NCBI GenBank assembly: GCA_013265495.1
Contig: MU058718.1
Coordinates: forward strand, 1,116,001-1,180,000
From: Vicugna vicugna
Taxonomy: Eukaryota
Direction: 5' to 3'
Length of the DNA: 64,000 bases
The notes below the pieces were generated by a model. That model was not told the DNA's origin, searched no databases, and was given only the letters and a program-made list of their open reading frames with translations. Positions within the stretch are counted from its first letter, which is position 1. Each line of letters starts with the position of its first letter. Position numbers and translations under genes: made by a program. Positions 1 to 13,123 of the stretch are shown piece after piece.

Positions 1-1109
1 ACACCTCTTCATTTCTTAACTTCATCTTGTCCTTTCTTTCTTCTGACTTAATCACTCCCTACATCTCAACTGTTACTTCTCCTCATCTGTCCTTGATGAA
101 ATCTTGCTTTTCCTCCAAAACTCAGCTCAGAAGCTCCCTCTGTCTTTCATAGAGCCTTTTCTGGCCACTTTACTCAGAAGTTTTCTTTGCTTCTCTGTCC
201 TTAAATATTTGATTAGGGCTACTCTCAGGGCCCACAACAGGCATTGTCTTGTACTATAGTTATTTGGGTATGTAGTTTAGCTTTCTCATTGGGTTTCAAT
301 TTATGGAAGGCATAAACATGCCTTGTACATGTTGGGTGATGAATGAGTAAATGTAAGAGTAAATACTACTTCTTTCCCTCCCTAATCCTTAAGTAGAAAA
401 AGTATGGTGGGAGAAATCTCTAATACATCTAATTTGAAGGCAGTCATTGGCCTAAGGATGTAGATTAATGGTGAGGAGACCTGAATTCAGATCAGTTTCC
501 AAGGACCATCTATGTGTTCACAGGCTTATCTGAATGAATGGATCCTTCCAGGTCTTTGGAATTTCAGGGATGGGAGAGGGCAGAGGCATGGGCCTGTAAG
601 TCATAAAATAAGTGTTTTAAAAAAATATAACCAGAGATTACATAACTCTTTGAAAATTTGAGGTTCAAAGCTGACAAGGATGTGGTGCAGGTGGCCTAGG
701 AGCTGCTGAGTGGGTTCACCTTTGGTGTACTTTCTCTGGAAACCTGGCTGAAAGACTTGGGCACATCATGAGTTTACAGGCTGAAAGGCAAAAGACACTT
801 AAAAAAATTACTTCAAAGGATTAAAATGGTGCAACAAATTCCCAGTCCTGGTCAGCCTGTCTGCACGACAAAATGGCTTAATACATGGGAATAGTAGGCC
901 ATTGAAAACTAATTTCTCTTTACTCAAATTGTTTTTGCAAGCTGAGATTCTGGATAAATGTGAGCCATCATATTTTGTACATAACAATTATACATAATAG
1001 CAGTGTTAATCTGGCCCTCTGTTTCTCTTACTTGCCACAGTGTTATGTCTGTGTTAGCATTAACACAGTGAAGAAATCATTCAAACAGTGAATGTGAAGG
1101 TGAATTAAC

Positions 1110-1345
1110 TGGATAATTCTGGACCCCAAGTTTGTCCCTTTCTTAATAGCAGGTATTGAGATCTGAACTTATCAGTAATTACCTGTGTTATCTCTTAATT
1201 TCACTGAGGTAGCCTCAGTTTTTTAATTTATAACACGAGAGGAATAGTAATTTTAACTATCTCATGTGATCATAATGAGGGTTAAATTACAAATGTGAAA
1301 AGTGTATTTAGAAAGTACTTTGTACTTTCTGAAGCACTGTCCACA
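1110..1345 (+). mobile_element. MIR SINE relic
   Basis: MIR core-like gcctcagtttttt-aatttataa ... ataatgagggttaaatt ... aaagtactttgta. Confidence 0.6.
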
Positions 1346-1456
1346 TGTTTGCATGTTATAGGTATGTATGTGTTATTCAGATAAGGCAGTTGATTACTCT
1401 GGCCTGTGTTTAATCCTTTGTGCCATGCTCCTCCTCAGACCATTTTAAGTGTGAAT

Positions 1457-1525
1457 GGATAGACAGACAGACAGATAGCTAGATAGATAAATCAATGGAT
1501 GTATATATGTATGTATACACATATA
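1457..1525. repeat. (GATA/GACA)n and (TATG)-type microsatellite
   Basis: ggatagacagacagacagatagctagatagata ... gtatatatgtatgtatacac. Confidence 0.8.
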
Positions 1526-1691
1526 TTCTGTTTTAAATATACATAATTTAATTAACAATTATATTTAATCAGGTAATAACTTAGAAGTGAATCCAAACTA
1601 GATTAGATTGAATGGGTTTTAAAAATACAGTTTGTGTGGTTTAAAACATAATTTTAGATTCTTTCAATGCTTTACAAAATGTCCTCCAAGG

Positions 1692-1865
1692 CAGTGCTGT
1701 CTAAATGTTCATGATCCATGCTGGTGCATAAACCATTTGTTACCAGTAGCAATGACCATAAGCATATAGCCTAGTTCACTACTTTTTTTCTCTCTAAAAG
1801 TTTCCTGGTTTCTATTCTGGCACAAGCTCTTTAAGTTCTCATGAACTGGCAAATAATAGTACTGT
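1692..1865. mobile_element. hAT-Charlie-type non-autonomous DNA transposon relic
   Basis: Starts cagtgct, ends agtactg; internal tttgttaccag and tggcacaagctc resemble Charlie-family MITEs. Confidence 0.45.
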
Positions 1866-2009
1866 CAGCTGTAGTAGCTCTGCTCTAATGGCAGTTTACT
1901 ATTTGTTCATTCATTCGACAAGCATTTATTGAGCACCATATTAGTTAAGGTAGTGATAAAGCTGTGACAAATAAGTCCTAAACTTAGTTTCATAAAAACC
2001 CATTTCTCT

Positions 2010-2345
2010 GACATATCCCAGTCTATGCAGTTGCTCTTGGTCTGGTGCCCTTCTGTGTGGTTTTGGAAAAATGACTCCTTCTGTTTTTGTGGCCCACTCT
2101 TTTCTAGTCTGTAGAGGCCTCTTCATTTAGCTCGCAACTGCGAAAAGAGATGGTGGGGAAGTTGTAGCCCCTTATTAGACATTTCAAGAGTAATGCACAT
2201 CACTTCTGCTCATATTATGTTGTGGCAGATGCCCTTCCTTAGCCCCATGCATGAGGACTGGAAAATATACTCCTTAGCTTTGTGGATACTTCCCAGCATG
2301 AACACTTCATTAGGAAAGGGGAGCAAAAAATTTCAGCAGTCACCT
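2010..2345 (-). mobile_element. Old MaLR LTR (MLT1J/K-like)
   Basis: cacatcacttctgctcatatt ... ggactggaaaatatactcc-tagct resembles antisense MLT1. Confidence 0.5.
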
Positions 2346-2349
2346 AAAC

Positions 2350-2612
2350 CAGTACTTCTCAAACCATCTGAGGTTAAGGACCCAGTTCTGTCTTAAAAAA
2401 TGTTAAATCTATCACATCCTGATACTTGAAAAAAATCCTATAAGAATGAATTACTAGAAAAATAAAATAAATATATCCAAAGACAAGTCCAGTTTCTTAA
2501 TTATTAGATTCAGCAGACATAAAATTGGTGTGATTTCTCTACTTAGCTCATAGAGGACTGATAGCACCACACACAGACTGACACTTATTTTTACCACACT
2601 TGAGTTGCACAA
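2350..2612. mobile_element. hAT-Charlie MITE (MER119/Charlie4-like)
   Basis: 5' end cagtacttctcaaac, 3' end ccacacttgagttgcac; internal ttattagattcagcagacataaaatt. Confidence 0.6.
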
Positions 2613-2994
2613 TTCTAGACTCTGGAGTTAAAATCAATAAAACATGGAATTCTCTTTTCATGTTAGGAAACACAGTAAACAAATTAATAACTAAGTAATT
2701 TTAGGTAGTGATAAACATTATTAGGACATGTGACCCAGCTGATGCAACCCAGAATCTTCTAGAGAGATCTTCTTGAGGAAAATCCTTATTATGATCATGA
2801 TAGGAGAGCAGATTCAGGAAAATGTGTTTAGAACAAAAAGGAGCAATCATGTTTAAATATATTATGCTTTGTTTTCATTTCTGGTTTCAAAATTTCCATA
2901 AGGTTCAGGATGTAGCCCTTTTAGAAAACAGGAGGTAAATTAGAAACATTTTAAACCTCTTATTCTCTTTTCCTAAAATAACTTATAGATTAAT

Positions 2995-3132
2995 GATTTT
3001 TATAACAGCTTTATTGAGATATAATTAATAAACCATACAATTTGGTAATTTAAAGCATACAATTTGATGGTTTATAGTATATTTACAGATACCTACAGCC
3101 ATCACCATAGCCAATTTTAGAATGTTATCATC

Positions 3133-3165
<33 letters not shown>

Positions 3166-6100
3166 ACCCCAAAACCCTGCTATAACCTTTGGCTATCAAA
3201 TCCCTGTCATCCATTGCCCCCAGCCCTAAGCAACCACTAATCTATTTTCTGTCTTTATAGATTTGCCTATTCTTGTCACACTATATAAATGAAGTAATAC
3301 GATATGTGGTCTTTTGTGACTAACTTCTTTCAGTGTTTTCAAGTTTCAGCTATGTTGTAGCATGTATCAGTATTTCATTCATTTTTATGGTGGAATAATC
3401 TATTGTATGTGGATACCACATTGTCTTTATTAATTGTTAATGGACATTTGTTTTTTTTCCTACCTTTGGCTACTCTGAATAAGGCTGCTATAAATGTTGG
3501 TGTGAGTCCTCCAACTGTGTTTTTCTTTTTCAAGATCATTTTGGTTATTATAGATCTCTTGCAATTCCATATGAATTTTAGGAATGGCTTGTCAGTTTCT
3601 ACAAAGAAACTAGTCAGAATTCTGATAGGGCTTGTGTTGAACATATAGATTAATTTGGGGATTATTGGCATCATAACAATGTTAAATATTCTGATCCATG
3701 AACATAGACTATTTCAATTTATTTGCATCTTCTTTAACAATGATTTATAATTTTCAGAGTGTAAGTTTTACATTTTTGTTAAATTTATTCTTAAATATTT
3801 TACTATTTTTGATGCTATTGTAAATGGAATTGTTTTTTAAATTTCATTTTTGGATTATTCTTTACAAATAATAGAAATACAGTTGATTTTTGTATACTGT
3901 TCTCATTTTATAACCTTGCCAAAGTCATTTATTATTTTAATAGTTTTTAGTGGATTCCTTAGGATCTCCTGTATACAGGTTCATGTCATCTGCAAATAGA
4001 CATAGGTTTGCTTTTTTCTTTTCTAGCCTAGACATGTTTTATATCTTTTACTTGCTTAATTATCCTAGTTTGAACCTCCAGTATAATGTTGAGTAGAAGT
4101 GGTGCAAGTGGACTTCCTTGTCTTGTTCCTGAACCTAAGGAGAAAGCATCCAGTCTTTTACTATTAATTATGGTGTTTGCTGTGGGTTTTTGTCGATACC
4201 CTTTACCAAGCTGAGAAAGTTTTCCTTCATTTCCTAGTTTAAGTGTTTTTATCATGAAAGGGTTTTGGATTCTGTCAAATGCTTTTACTTCATCTATTGA
4301 GATGGTCAAGTGGTTTTTCTTTTTTGTCCTGTTGATATGGTGTATTACATTAATTGATTTTCAGATGTTAAACCAACCTTGCATCCTGTGATAAGTCCCA
4401 ATTGGTCATGGTTTATAATTCTTTTTATATGGTGCTGGATTTGATTTGCTAGTCTTTTGTTGAAGACTTCTGTGTCCATATTCATAAGAGATATTGGTCT
4501 GTAGTTGTCTTTTCTGTAATATTTTTGTTTCAGTGTAATACTGGCTTCATAGAGTGAGTTGGAGAATGTTCCCCTCTTCTTTTATTTCTTGAAGAATTGA
4601 TGTTAATTCTTTCTTAAATGTATTAAAGGATTCACCAGTGAAAGTCTCTGGGCCTGGGCTTTTCTTTTTGTATAGTTTTTTTTTATTATTATTAATCTCT
4701 TTACTTGCTATAGGTATGTTCAGATTGTCTGTTTCTTCTTAAGTCAGTTGCAGTAATTTGTGTCTTTCTAGGAATTTGTCCATTTCTTCTAAGTTGTCTG
4801 ATTTATTGGCATACAGTTGTTCATAGTATTCCTTTATAATCCTCTCTATTTCTTTGTGTTCGAAAGTAATACCCCTTCTTTCATGTCTGATTCTAGTCAT
4901 TTGGGTCTTCTCTCTTCTACCTCAGTCAGTCTAGCTAAAAGTTTGTCAATCTTGATAGCCTTTTCAAAGAACCAGCTTTTAGTGTCATTGATTTTCTGTA
5001 TTGTTTTTCTATTCCCTATTTCATTAATTTCCATGCTAATCTTTATTATTTCCTTCCTTCTGCTTACTTTGGGTATAATTTGCTCTTTTTCCAGTGTCTT
5101 AAGGTGGATGTTTAAGTTATTGATTTGAAATCTTTCTTGTTTTTTAATTTAGGTATTTACAGCTATAAATTTCTCTTTAAACACTGATTTCTCTGCATCC
5201 CACAAGTTTTGGTATATTGTGTCTCCATTTTCATTTATCTCTAAGTATTTTCTATTTGCCATTTGGAATTCCTCCTTAAACCACCAATAATTTGGAGTTT
5301 GTTGTTTAGTTTTCACATATTTTTGAATTCCCAATTTTTTTCTGTGTTTGTTTTCTAATTTCATTCCATTATGGTCAGAGAACATATTAGGACTATTTTC
5401 AATTTTTACTTTTTAAAATTTATTAAGGCTTGTTTTATGGCCTGACATACAGTTTATCCTGGAAAATGGCCCAGTGTACTGAAGAAAAATGTATATTCTG
5501 CTGTTGTAGGGTGGAGTGTTCTACAGATGTGTGTTGGCTATAGTTGATTTATAGTGTTCAGATCTTCTGTTTCCTTGTTGACCTTCTACTTTTGTTCTAT
5601 CCATTATTTAAATGGAGTACTGAAATCTCCTACTACTTTTGTTGAATTGTCTTTTTCCCTTCATTTTTTTTGCTTTATGATTTTGGTACTCTGTTTTCAG
5701 GGTCATATATATTTATAATTGTAATATCTTCCTGATGGACTTATTTTCTTCTTATACAATGTCCCTCTTTATTGCTGGCAATGTTTTTTGTTTTAAAGTC
5801 TCTTTTGTCTGTTAGTATCGCCACCCTAGCTTTCTTGTGGTTGCTGTTTGCATGATGTATTGTTTTACATCCTTTCAACTTATTTGTATCTTTGAATATA
5901 AAATGTGTCTCCTATGGAGAGCATATGGTTGGATGCTACTTTTTTATCCAGTATGGCAGTTTCTGCTTTTTGCTTGAGTTGTTATACCATTCACATTTAA
6001 TGTTATTATTGATAAAGTTGGATTTATGTCTGCCATTTTACTTTGCTCTTTGTATGTCTCATATCTTTTTTGTTCCTTTGTTTCTCCTGTAGCTTTATTT

Positions 6101-6670
6101 TGCATTACATGAATATTTTCTAATGTAGCATTTAAATACTTAAATGATTTTTTTCATTATTTTTGAGTTATTTCCTTAGAGGTTGCTTTAATGTTTATCA
6201 TATACATCTTAGCTTGTCAGAATCAACTTCAGGTTTCCATAAACTTAATTTTAGTGAGATACAGAAACATTTCTGTAGAGTTAATTCTGCTTCCCCCTTT
6301 TGTTATACATATTATTTATATTATAATGTATTCATATTTTATATATATTATTATATCTATAATTCTGTAAATATTATAAGCCCAACAATATACTGTTATA
6401 ACTCTTTATATAATTTTTTGACTTTTAAAGAAGCTGAGAGGAGAAAGGAAAGAAAGTATATATTTATAACTTTTGTTATATTAACCTTATTTATCATTTT
6501 TGATTCTCTTTATTTGTTTGCATGGGTCTGAGTTTACATCTGGAATCATTTCCTTAGGCCAGAAGAGCTTTGCTTTCACTCACTTCTTTTGTGCAGTTAC
6601 TGGCAAATCTATTTCAATATGCTTCGGTGCAACAGTACATTATATACATGTTGTTTTATATAATTGATTT
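2995..6670 (-). mobile_element. Old LINE-1 (L1MB/MC-age): 3'UTR, decayed ORF2, inter-ORF region; internally deleted
   Basis: 3' end tataacagctttattgagatataatt; ORF2 remnants [34 protein letters not shown] (4028-4309) and FSDHNGMKLE..YQNLWDA (5149-5385); continues at ~7595-7800 and ~11855-12075. Confidence 0.93.
3136..3166. repeat. (AAAAC)n microsatellite
   Basis: aaaacaaaacaaaacaaaacaaaacaaaaaac. Confidence 0.9.
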
Positions 6671-7594
6671 TTATTTTTTTTACCATTTTTTATTGATTTA
6701 TAATCATTTTACAATGTGTCAAATTTCAGTGTTCAGCACAATTTTTCAGTCATTCATGGACAGACATATACACACTCATTGTCACATTTTTTTCTCTGTG
6801 AGTTATCATAACATTTTGTGTATATTTCCCTGTGCTATACAGTGTAATCTTGTTTATCTATTCTACAATTTTGAAATCCCAGTCTATCCCTTCCCACCCT
6901 CCACCCCCCGGGTAACCACAAGTCTGTATTCTCTGTCTGTGAGTCTATTTCTGTCCTGTATTTATGCTTTGTTTTTGTTTGTTTGTTTGTTTTTGTTTTT
7001 GTGTTTTAGATTCCACATATGAGCGATCTTATATGGTATTTTTCTTTCTCTTTCTGGCTTACTTCACTTAGAATGACATTCTCCAGGAGCATCCATGTTG
7101 TTGCAAATGGCATTATGTTGTTGGTTTTTATGGCTGAATAGAATTCCATTGTATAAATATACCATATCTTCTTTATCCAGTCACCTGTTGTTGGACATTT
7201 AGGCTGTTTCCATGTTTTGGCTATTGTAAATAGTGCTGCTATGAACATTGGGGTGCAGGTGTCATCCTGAAGTAGATTTCCTTCTGGATACAAGCCCAGG
7301 AGTGGGATTCCTGGGTCATATGGTAAGTCTATTCCTAGTCTTTTGAGGAATCTCCACACTGTTTTCCATAGTGGCTGCACCAAACTGCATTCCCACCAGC
7401 AGTGTAGGAGGGTTCCCCTTTCTCCACAGCCTCTCCAGCATTTGTCATTTGTGGATTTTTGAATGACGGCCATTCTGACTGGTGTGAGGTGATACCTCAT
7501 TGTAGTTTTGATTTGCATTTCTCTGATAATTAGTGATATTGAGCATTTTTTCATGTGCTTTTTGATCATTTGTATGTCTTCCTTGGAGAATTGC
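6671..7594 (-). mobile_element. Young 5'-truncated LINE-1 (lineage-specific), ORF2 C-terminus still open
   Basis: T-rich tail at 6671; uninterrupted ORF2 C-terminal region [63 protein letters not shown] (stop at 7006). Confidence 0.97.
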
Positions 7595-7800
7595 AAATCA
7601 ATTAAGACAGAGAGAAACATGCATTTTACTGTCTTTTGTAATTACATAATCACCTTTAATGGTGCTTTTTTTTTTTTCCCCACTGGTGTTGATTTGAATT
7701 ACTGTCTGGAGCTTTCAGCCTGAAGAAACTGTCTTTAGTACTTCTTGTAGGGCATGCCTCGTAGCAACAAATTCAGTTTTTAATGCATCTGGAAATTTAT
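7595..7800 (-). mobile_element. Continuation of old L1M (inter-ORF/ORF1 end)
   Basis: ctttcagcctgaagaaact-ctttagtacttcttgtagggca..gcaacaaattc is antisense L1M ORF1 3' end. Confidence 0.75.
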
Positions 7801-10800
7801 TTCTTTTTTTAAATTGAAGTATAGTCAGTTTACAATGTTGTGTCAATTTCTGGTGTACAGTATAATGTTTCAGTCATATATATACATACATATATATTCA
7901 TTTTCATATTCTTTTTCGTTATATGTTGCTACTTGATATTGAATATAGTTCCTTGTGCTATACAGAAGAAACTTACTGTTTGTCTATTTTTTATATAGTA
8001 GTTAATATCTACAAATCTTGAACTCCTAATTTATCCCTTCCACCCCTTTTCCCCCCAGTAATCATTTTATTTTCTATGTCTATGAGTCTATTTCTGTTTT
8101 GTAAATAAGTTCATTTGTGTCTTTTTTTTTTTCTTTCAGATTTCACATATGAGTGGTATTATGTGGTATTTTTCTTTCTCTTTCTGGCTTATTTCATTTA
8201 GAATGACAATCTCCAGGTCCATCCATGTTGCTGCAAATGGCATTATTTTATTATTTTTTTATCACTGAGTAGATTCCATTGTGTGTGTGTGTCTGTATGT
8301 ACACACACACACACACACACACCCCACAACTTCTTTATCCAGTCATCTGTTGATGGACATTTAGGTTGCTTCCATGTCTTGGCTATTGTATATAGTGCCA
8401 CTATGAGCATTGGGGTTCATGTATCTTTTTGAATTAGACTTCCCTCCAGATATATGCCCAGGAATAGGGTTGCTGGATCATATGGTAAGTCTATTTTTAG
8501 TCTTTTGCGAACTCTCAATACTGTTTTCCATTACAGCTGCACCAAACTACATTCCCACCAACAGAGTAGGAGGGTTGCCTTTTCTCCACAGCCTCTCCAG
8601 CATTTGTCATTTGTGGACTTTTGAATGATGGCCATTCTGACTGGTGTGAGGTGATACCTCATTTTAGTTTTGATCTGCATTTCTCTGATAATTAGCGATA
8701 TTGAGCATTTTTTCATGTGCCTATTGGCCATTTGTATGTCTTCACTGGAGAATTGCTTGTTTAGGTCTTCTGCCCATTTTTGTATTGGGTTGTTTGGTTT
8801 TTTCTTATTAAGTTGTATGAGTTGTTTATATATTCTGAAAATTAAGCTCTTGTCAGTCTCATCTTTTGCAAATATTTTCTCCCATTCCATAGATTGTCTT
8901 TTTGTTTTGCTTATGGTTTCCTTTGCTTTGCAAAAGCATGTAAGTTTAATTAGGTTCCATTTGTTGACTTTTGCCTTTATTTCTATTGCCTGGGTAGACT
9001 GCTGTAGGAGAAAATTGCTGAGATTTATGTCAGACAATGTTTTGCATATGTTTTCTTCTAAGAGGTTTATAGTATGTTGTCTTATATGTAAGCCTTTAAG
9101 CCGTTTTGAGTTTATTTTTGTGTATGGTGTGAGGGAGTGTTCTAACTTCATTGACTTCATGCAGCTGTCCAGTTTTCCCAGCACCCCTTGCTGAAGAGAC
9201 TGTCTTTTCTCCATTGTATATTTTTGCCTCCTTTGTTGACGATTAATTGACTGTAATCTGTGGGTTTATTTCTGGATGCTCTATTCTGTTCCATTGATCC
9301 GTATGTCTGTTTTGTGCCAATATCATGCTGTTTTGATTAAGATAGCTCTGTAGTATTATCTGAAGTCTGGGAGGGTTATTCCTCCAGGTTTGTTCTTTTT
9401 CTTCAATATAGCTTTGGCAATTCTGGGTCTTTTGTGATTCTATATAAATTTTAGGACTAGTCCTATGAAAAATGTCCTGGGTAGTTTACATTAAATCTGT
9501 AGATTCCTTTGGGTAGTATGGCCATTTTAACAATACTAATTCTTCCAGCCCAGGAGCATGTCTTTCCATTTCTTTAAGTAATCATTAATTTCCTTATCAA
9601 TGTTTTATAGTTCTCCACATACAAGTCTTTCACCTTCTTGGGCAGACTTATTCCTAAGTATTTTTTTTTGATGCAATTTTAAAAGGAATTTTTTCTTTAC
9701 TTTCCTTTTCTGATATTTCATTGTTAGTATGAAGAAATGCAACTGATTTCTGTATGTTAATCTTGTATCCTGCTACCTTGCCAAATTGTTATCAGCTTTA
9801 GTAGTTTTTGTGTGGAGCCTTTAGGGTTTTCTATATATAGTATCATGTCATCTGCATATAGTGACAATGTTATCTCTTCCCTCCCAATTTGGATCCCCTT
9901 AATTTCTTTCTCTTGTCCAATTGCTATGGCTAGGACTTCCAATACTGTGTTGAATAGAATTGGTGAGAGTGGGCATCCTTGTCTTGTTCCAGATTTTAGT
10001 GGGAAGGCTTTTAGCTTTTCATCGTTGAGTGCTATGTTGGCTATGGGTTTGTCATACACAGCTTATATTATGTTGAGATATGTTCTCTCTATACCCACTT
10101 CAGTAAGAGTTTTTATCATAAATAGATGTTGAATTTTATCAAATGCTTTTTCTGTATCTATTGAGATGATTGTGTGGTTTTTGCTCTTTTTTTTGTTGAT
10201 ATGAAGTATCACATTGATTGATCTGTGTATACTGAGCCAACCTTGTGACCCTGGGATGAATCTAACTTGATTGTAGTGTATGATCCTTTTATATGTGTTG
10301 TTGGATTCTGTTCGCTAATATTTTGTTGAGGATTTTCACATCTATGTTTATCAATGATACTGACCTGTAATTTTTTTTTTTTGGTAGTCTGTCTGGTTTT
10401 GGTATCAGGATTATGGTGGTTTCATGGAATGAATTTGGGAGTATTCCCTCCTCATCAGTCTTTTGGAAGAATTTGAGAAGGACTGGTATGAGTTCTTCTT
10501 TGTATGTTTGGTAGAATTTCCCAGTGAAGCCATCTGGTCTTGGACCTTTGTTTGCAGGGAGATTTTTTATTGCTGATTCTATTTAACCTCTAGTGATCAG
10601 TCTGTTCAAATTATCTATTTCTTCTTGATTCAGTTTTGGTGGACCATATGTTTCTAGAAACTTGTCCATTTCTTCCAGGGTTTCCAGTTTGTTGCCATGT
10701 AGTTGTTCATAGTATTCTCTTATGGTTTTTTGTATTTCTGTGGTGTTGGTTGTAATTTCTCGATTTTCCTTTCTTTTTTGGTTTCTTTGTGTCCTCTCTC

Positions 10801-11853
10801 TTTTCTTCTTGGTGAGCCTGGCCAGAGGTTTGTTGATCTTGTTTACTTTTTGAAAAAAAACAGCTCTCAGTTTGATTGATTTTTCTATTTTTTTTTTCAA
10901 TCTCTATTTTATTTATTTCCTCCCTTATCTTTATTATTTCTTTCACTTCCAGGGTTTCCAGTTTGTTGCCATGTAGTTGTTCATAGTATTCTCTTATGGT
11001 TTTTTGTATTTCTGTGGTGTTGGTTGTAATTTCTCGATTTTCCTTTCTTTTTTGGTTTCTTTGTGTCCTCTCTCTTTTCTTCTTGGTGAGCCTGGCCAGC
11101 GGTTTGTTGATTTTGTTTACTTTTTTAAAAAAAACAGCTCTCAGTTTGATTGATTTTTCTATTTTTTTTTTCAATCTCTATTTTATTTATTTCCTCCCTT
11201 ATCTTTATTATTTCTTTCCTTCTGCTGACTTTAGGTTTTGTTTGTTTTTCTTTTTCTAATTCTTTTAGGTGGTAGATTAGATTGTTTATTTGAGACTGTT
11301 TGTTTTCATTGTTGTTGTTTTTTGTTTTTTGTTTTTGAGGAACGCTTGTCTTGCTATGAACTTCCCTCTTAGGACTGCTTTTGGTGCATCACATAGATTT
11401 TGTGTGGTTGTGTTTTCATTATCATTTGTCTCAAGGTATTTTTTAATTTCTTCTGTGATTTCATTGTTGACCCATTGGTTTTATAGTAGCATATTATTTA
11501 GTCTCCATGCAATTTTTTTTTCTTTTTCCTGTGGTTGATTTCTAATTTCATGCAGTCATGATTTCTAGTTTCTAGTTTCATTGTGGTAAGAAAAGATGCT
11601 TGAAATAATTTCTATCCTCTTAAATTTGTTGAGGCTTCTTTTGTGTCTAAGTATGTGGTCTATACTAGAGAACGTTCCATGCACACTTGAAAAGAATGTA
11701 TATTCTCTTTTGAGGGGAATGTAAGGTCCTAAAAATATCAACTAAGTCCAACTATTCTGTTGTGTCATATAGTATTTCCATTGCCTTATTGATTTTGTGT
11801 CTGGAACATCTGTCTAATGATGTTAGTGGGGTGTTAAAACCTCTTCTATTATT
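7801..11853 (-). mobile_element. Lineage-specific LINE-1, ~4 kb, 5'-truncated within the endonuclease region, ORF2 frameshifted
   Basis: tttttttaaattgaagtatagtcagtttacaatgttgtg 3' end; RT motifs [27 protein letters not shown] (9757-10059); C-terminal region 8531-9214. Confidence 0.97.
10672..11218. repeat. 274-bp-period direct tandem duplication inside L1 ORF2
   Basis: cttccagggtttccagtttg starts at 10672 and 10946; duplicated peptide [18 protein letters not shown] in the ORF track. Confidence 0.97.
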
Positions 11854-11854
11854 G

Positions 11855-12075
11855 GAAAGATACGGTTCTTCATTCAAATCCCACACACCCTTGAATTTCT
11901 TACTGAATTTTAGTAGATTTTCTTAAATAAACGTTTGTTCATTTGCTCTATGCCCTTGAGACCATTTCTAGAGATTTTAAGTGTTTTTTTTTTTTCATAA
12001 TTACAATTTTTATCAGTTTCACTGGGGAGTGGCTCTGTGGAGCTTCTTGCATTGTCATGCCAGAAGCAGAATCTT
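11855..12075 (-). mobile_element. 5' region of old L1M
   Basis: tttagtagattttcttaaataaacgtttgttcatttgctctatgccctt..cattgtcatgccagaag resembles antisense L1M 5' segment. Confidence 0.6.
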
Positions 12076-12109
12076 TTACATTAATTTTTTCATTCTCTCA
12101 CATATTTAC

Positions 12110-12500
12110 CCAATCTTATTTAGTGTACATTATGTGTCTGTTGCTGTGGTAGGAGCTGGAAATACAATGATGAATGAAATGGACCTGACACTTACCGTAT
12201 AGTAGGCAAGACAGACAAAAATGAAAAAAGGATTACAAACAACTTTAACAGAGGCCCATTACATTTGAATTAATAATGAATTAATGAATACATCATATTA
12301 AATAATCTGAAGGAAATCATGGTAGTGGGAAAGGCCTATTGGATTTTGCTGTAAGGTCACCTTTGAGAAAGTGGTTTCAATAGAATATCATAGACAGAAG
12401 CTCATGTCAACAGGCTAAAGAGTGAATGAGAAGTAAGCAAGTAAGACAAGGGGTGTGTAGCTGTTCTTTGAAGAGCTCAGTTTTAAAGGAAAGAAAGGGA
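12110..12500 (-). mobile_element. L2 LINE fragments
   Basis: gtaggagctggaaatacaatgatgaatgaaatggacctg; attggatttt..aggtcac-ctttgagaaagtggtttcaataga. Confidence 0.55.
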
Positions 12501-13123
12501 ACATTAGCCAGAGAATTAACAGCTTTTTTTTTTCTTTCACCAATTCTATTCAACATTATACTCTAGAATTTCCAAGAGAAAGGGATAGATGCTTCTTGCA
12601 TCCAACCAGTTTCCTTGGCTCTAATTCTGTACTGAGCAAGTAAGCAGATTATGATTTAGCTTGTCATATATCTGCCTACAGATAAAAACAAGTAAAAATG
12701 GACTAATTAGAAAAATTGAGAATCCAGTCTGTTGAGAAGTCACAACTCTTACTATAAAGGAAGTAATTGGCATTTGACTCTGTGGGTTTGGTTAGAATGA
12801 GCTGACTTGTCTAGGTCTTATTACCTCTACACAGCCTGACAAAACTAAGCTCAGACCTGGAGCAGGGTCTCTCTTTGCCACTTGATCAGGTAGACTACCT
12901 GTCCCAAACCCAGTTCACAATTTATGTTCTTTATGGCACTTGCTAACTAAACCTTTTACATTGTGTTTTCATCAAAGAACTTATCAGAAAAGCCTTGGGC
13001 TTCTTTGAATTCTGCCTAATATTACATAATGGGACTACCTGTGATCTCTTTGGCAGACATTTTCAGGTAGAAGAAGATTGGGGCTTCCCTAGCAGCTGCT
13101 ATTGTTGAGAACGAACCCTCCTA

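Noticed and set aside
6300..6670. Imperfect repeated AT-rich blocks
   Set aside because: Consistent with the repetitive inter-ORF region of old L1M elements
7006..7620. 204-aa ORF as a domesticated gene
   Set aside because: C-terminus of a young truncated L1 ORF2; the start comes from flanking DNA
8670..9194. Hydrophobic + strand ORFs (also 4817, 6163, 6570, 9812, 10996)
   Set aside because: Antisense shadows of A-rich L1 sequence, not membrane proteins
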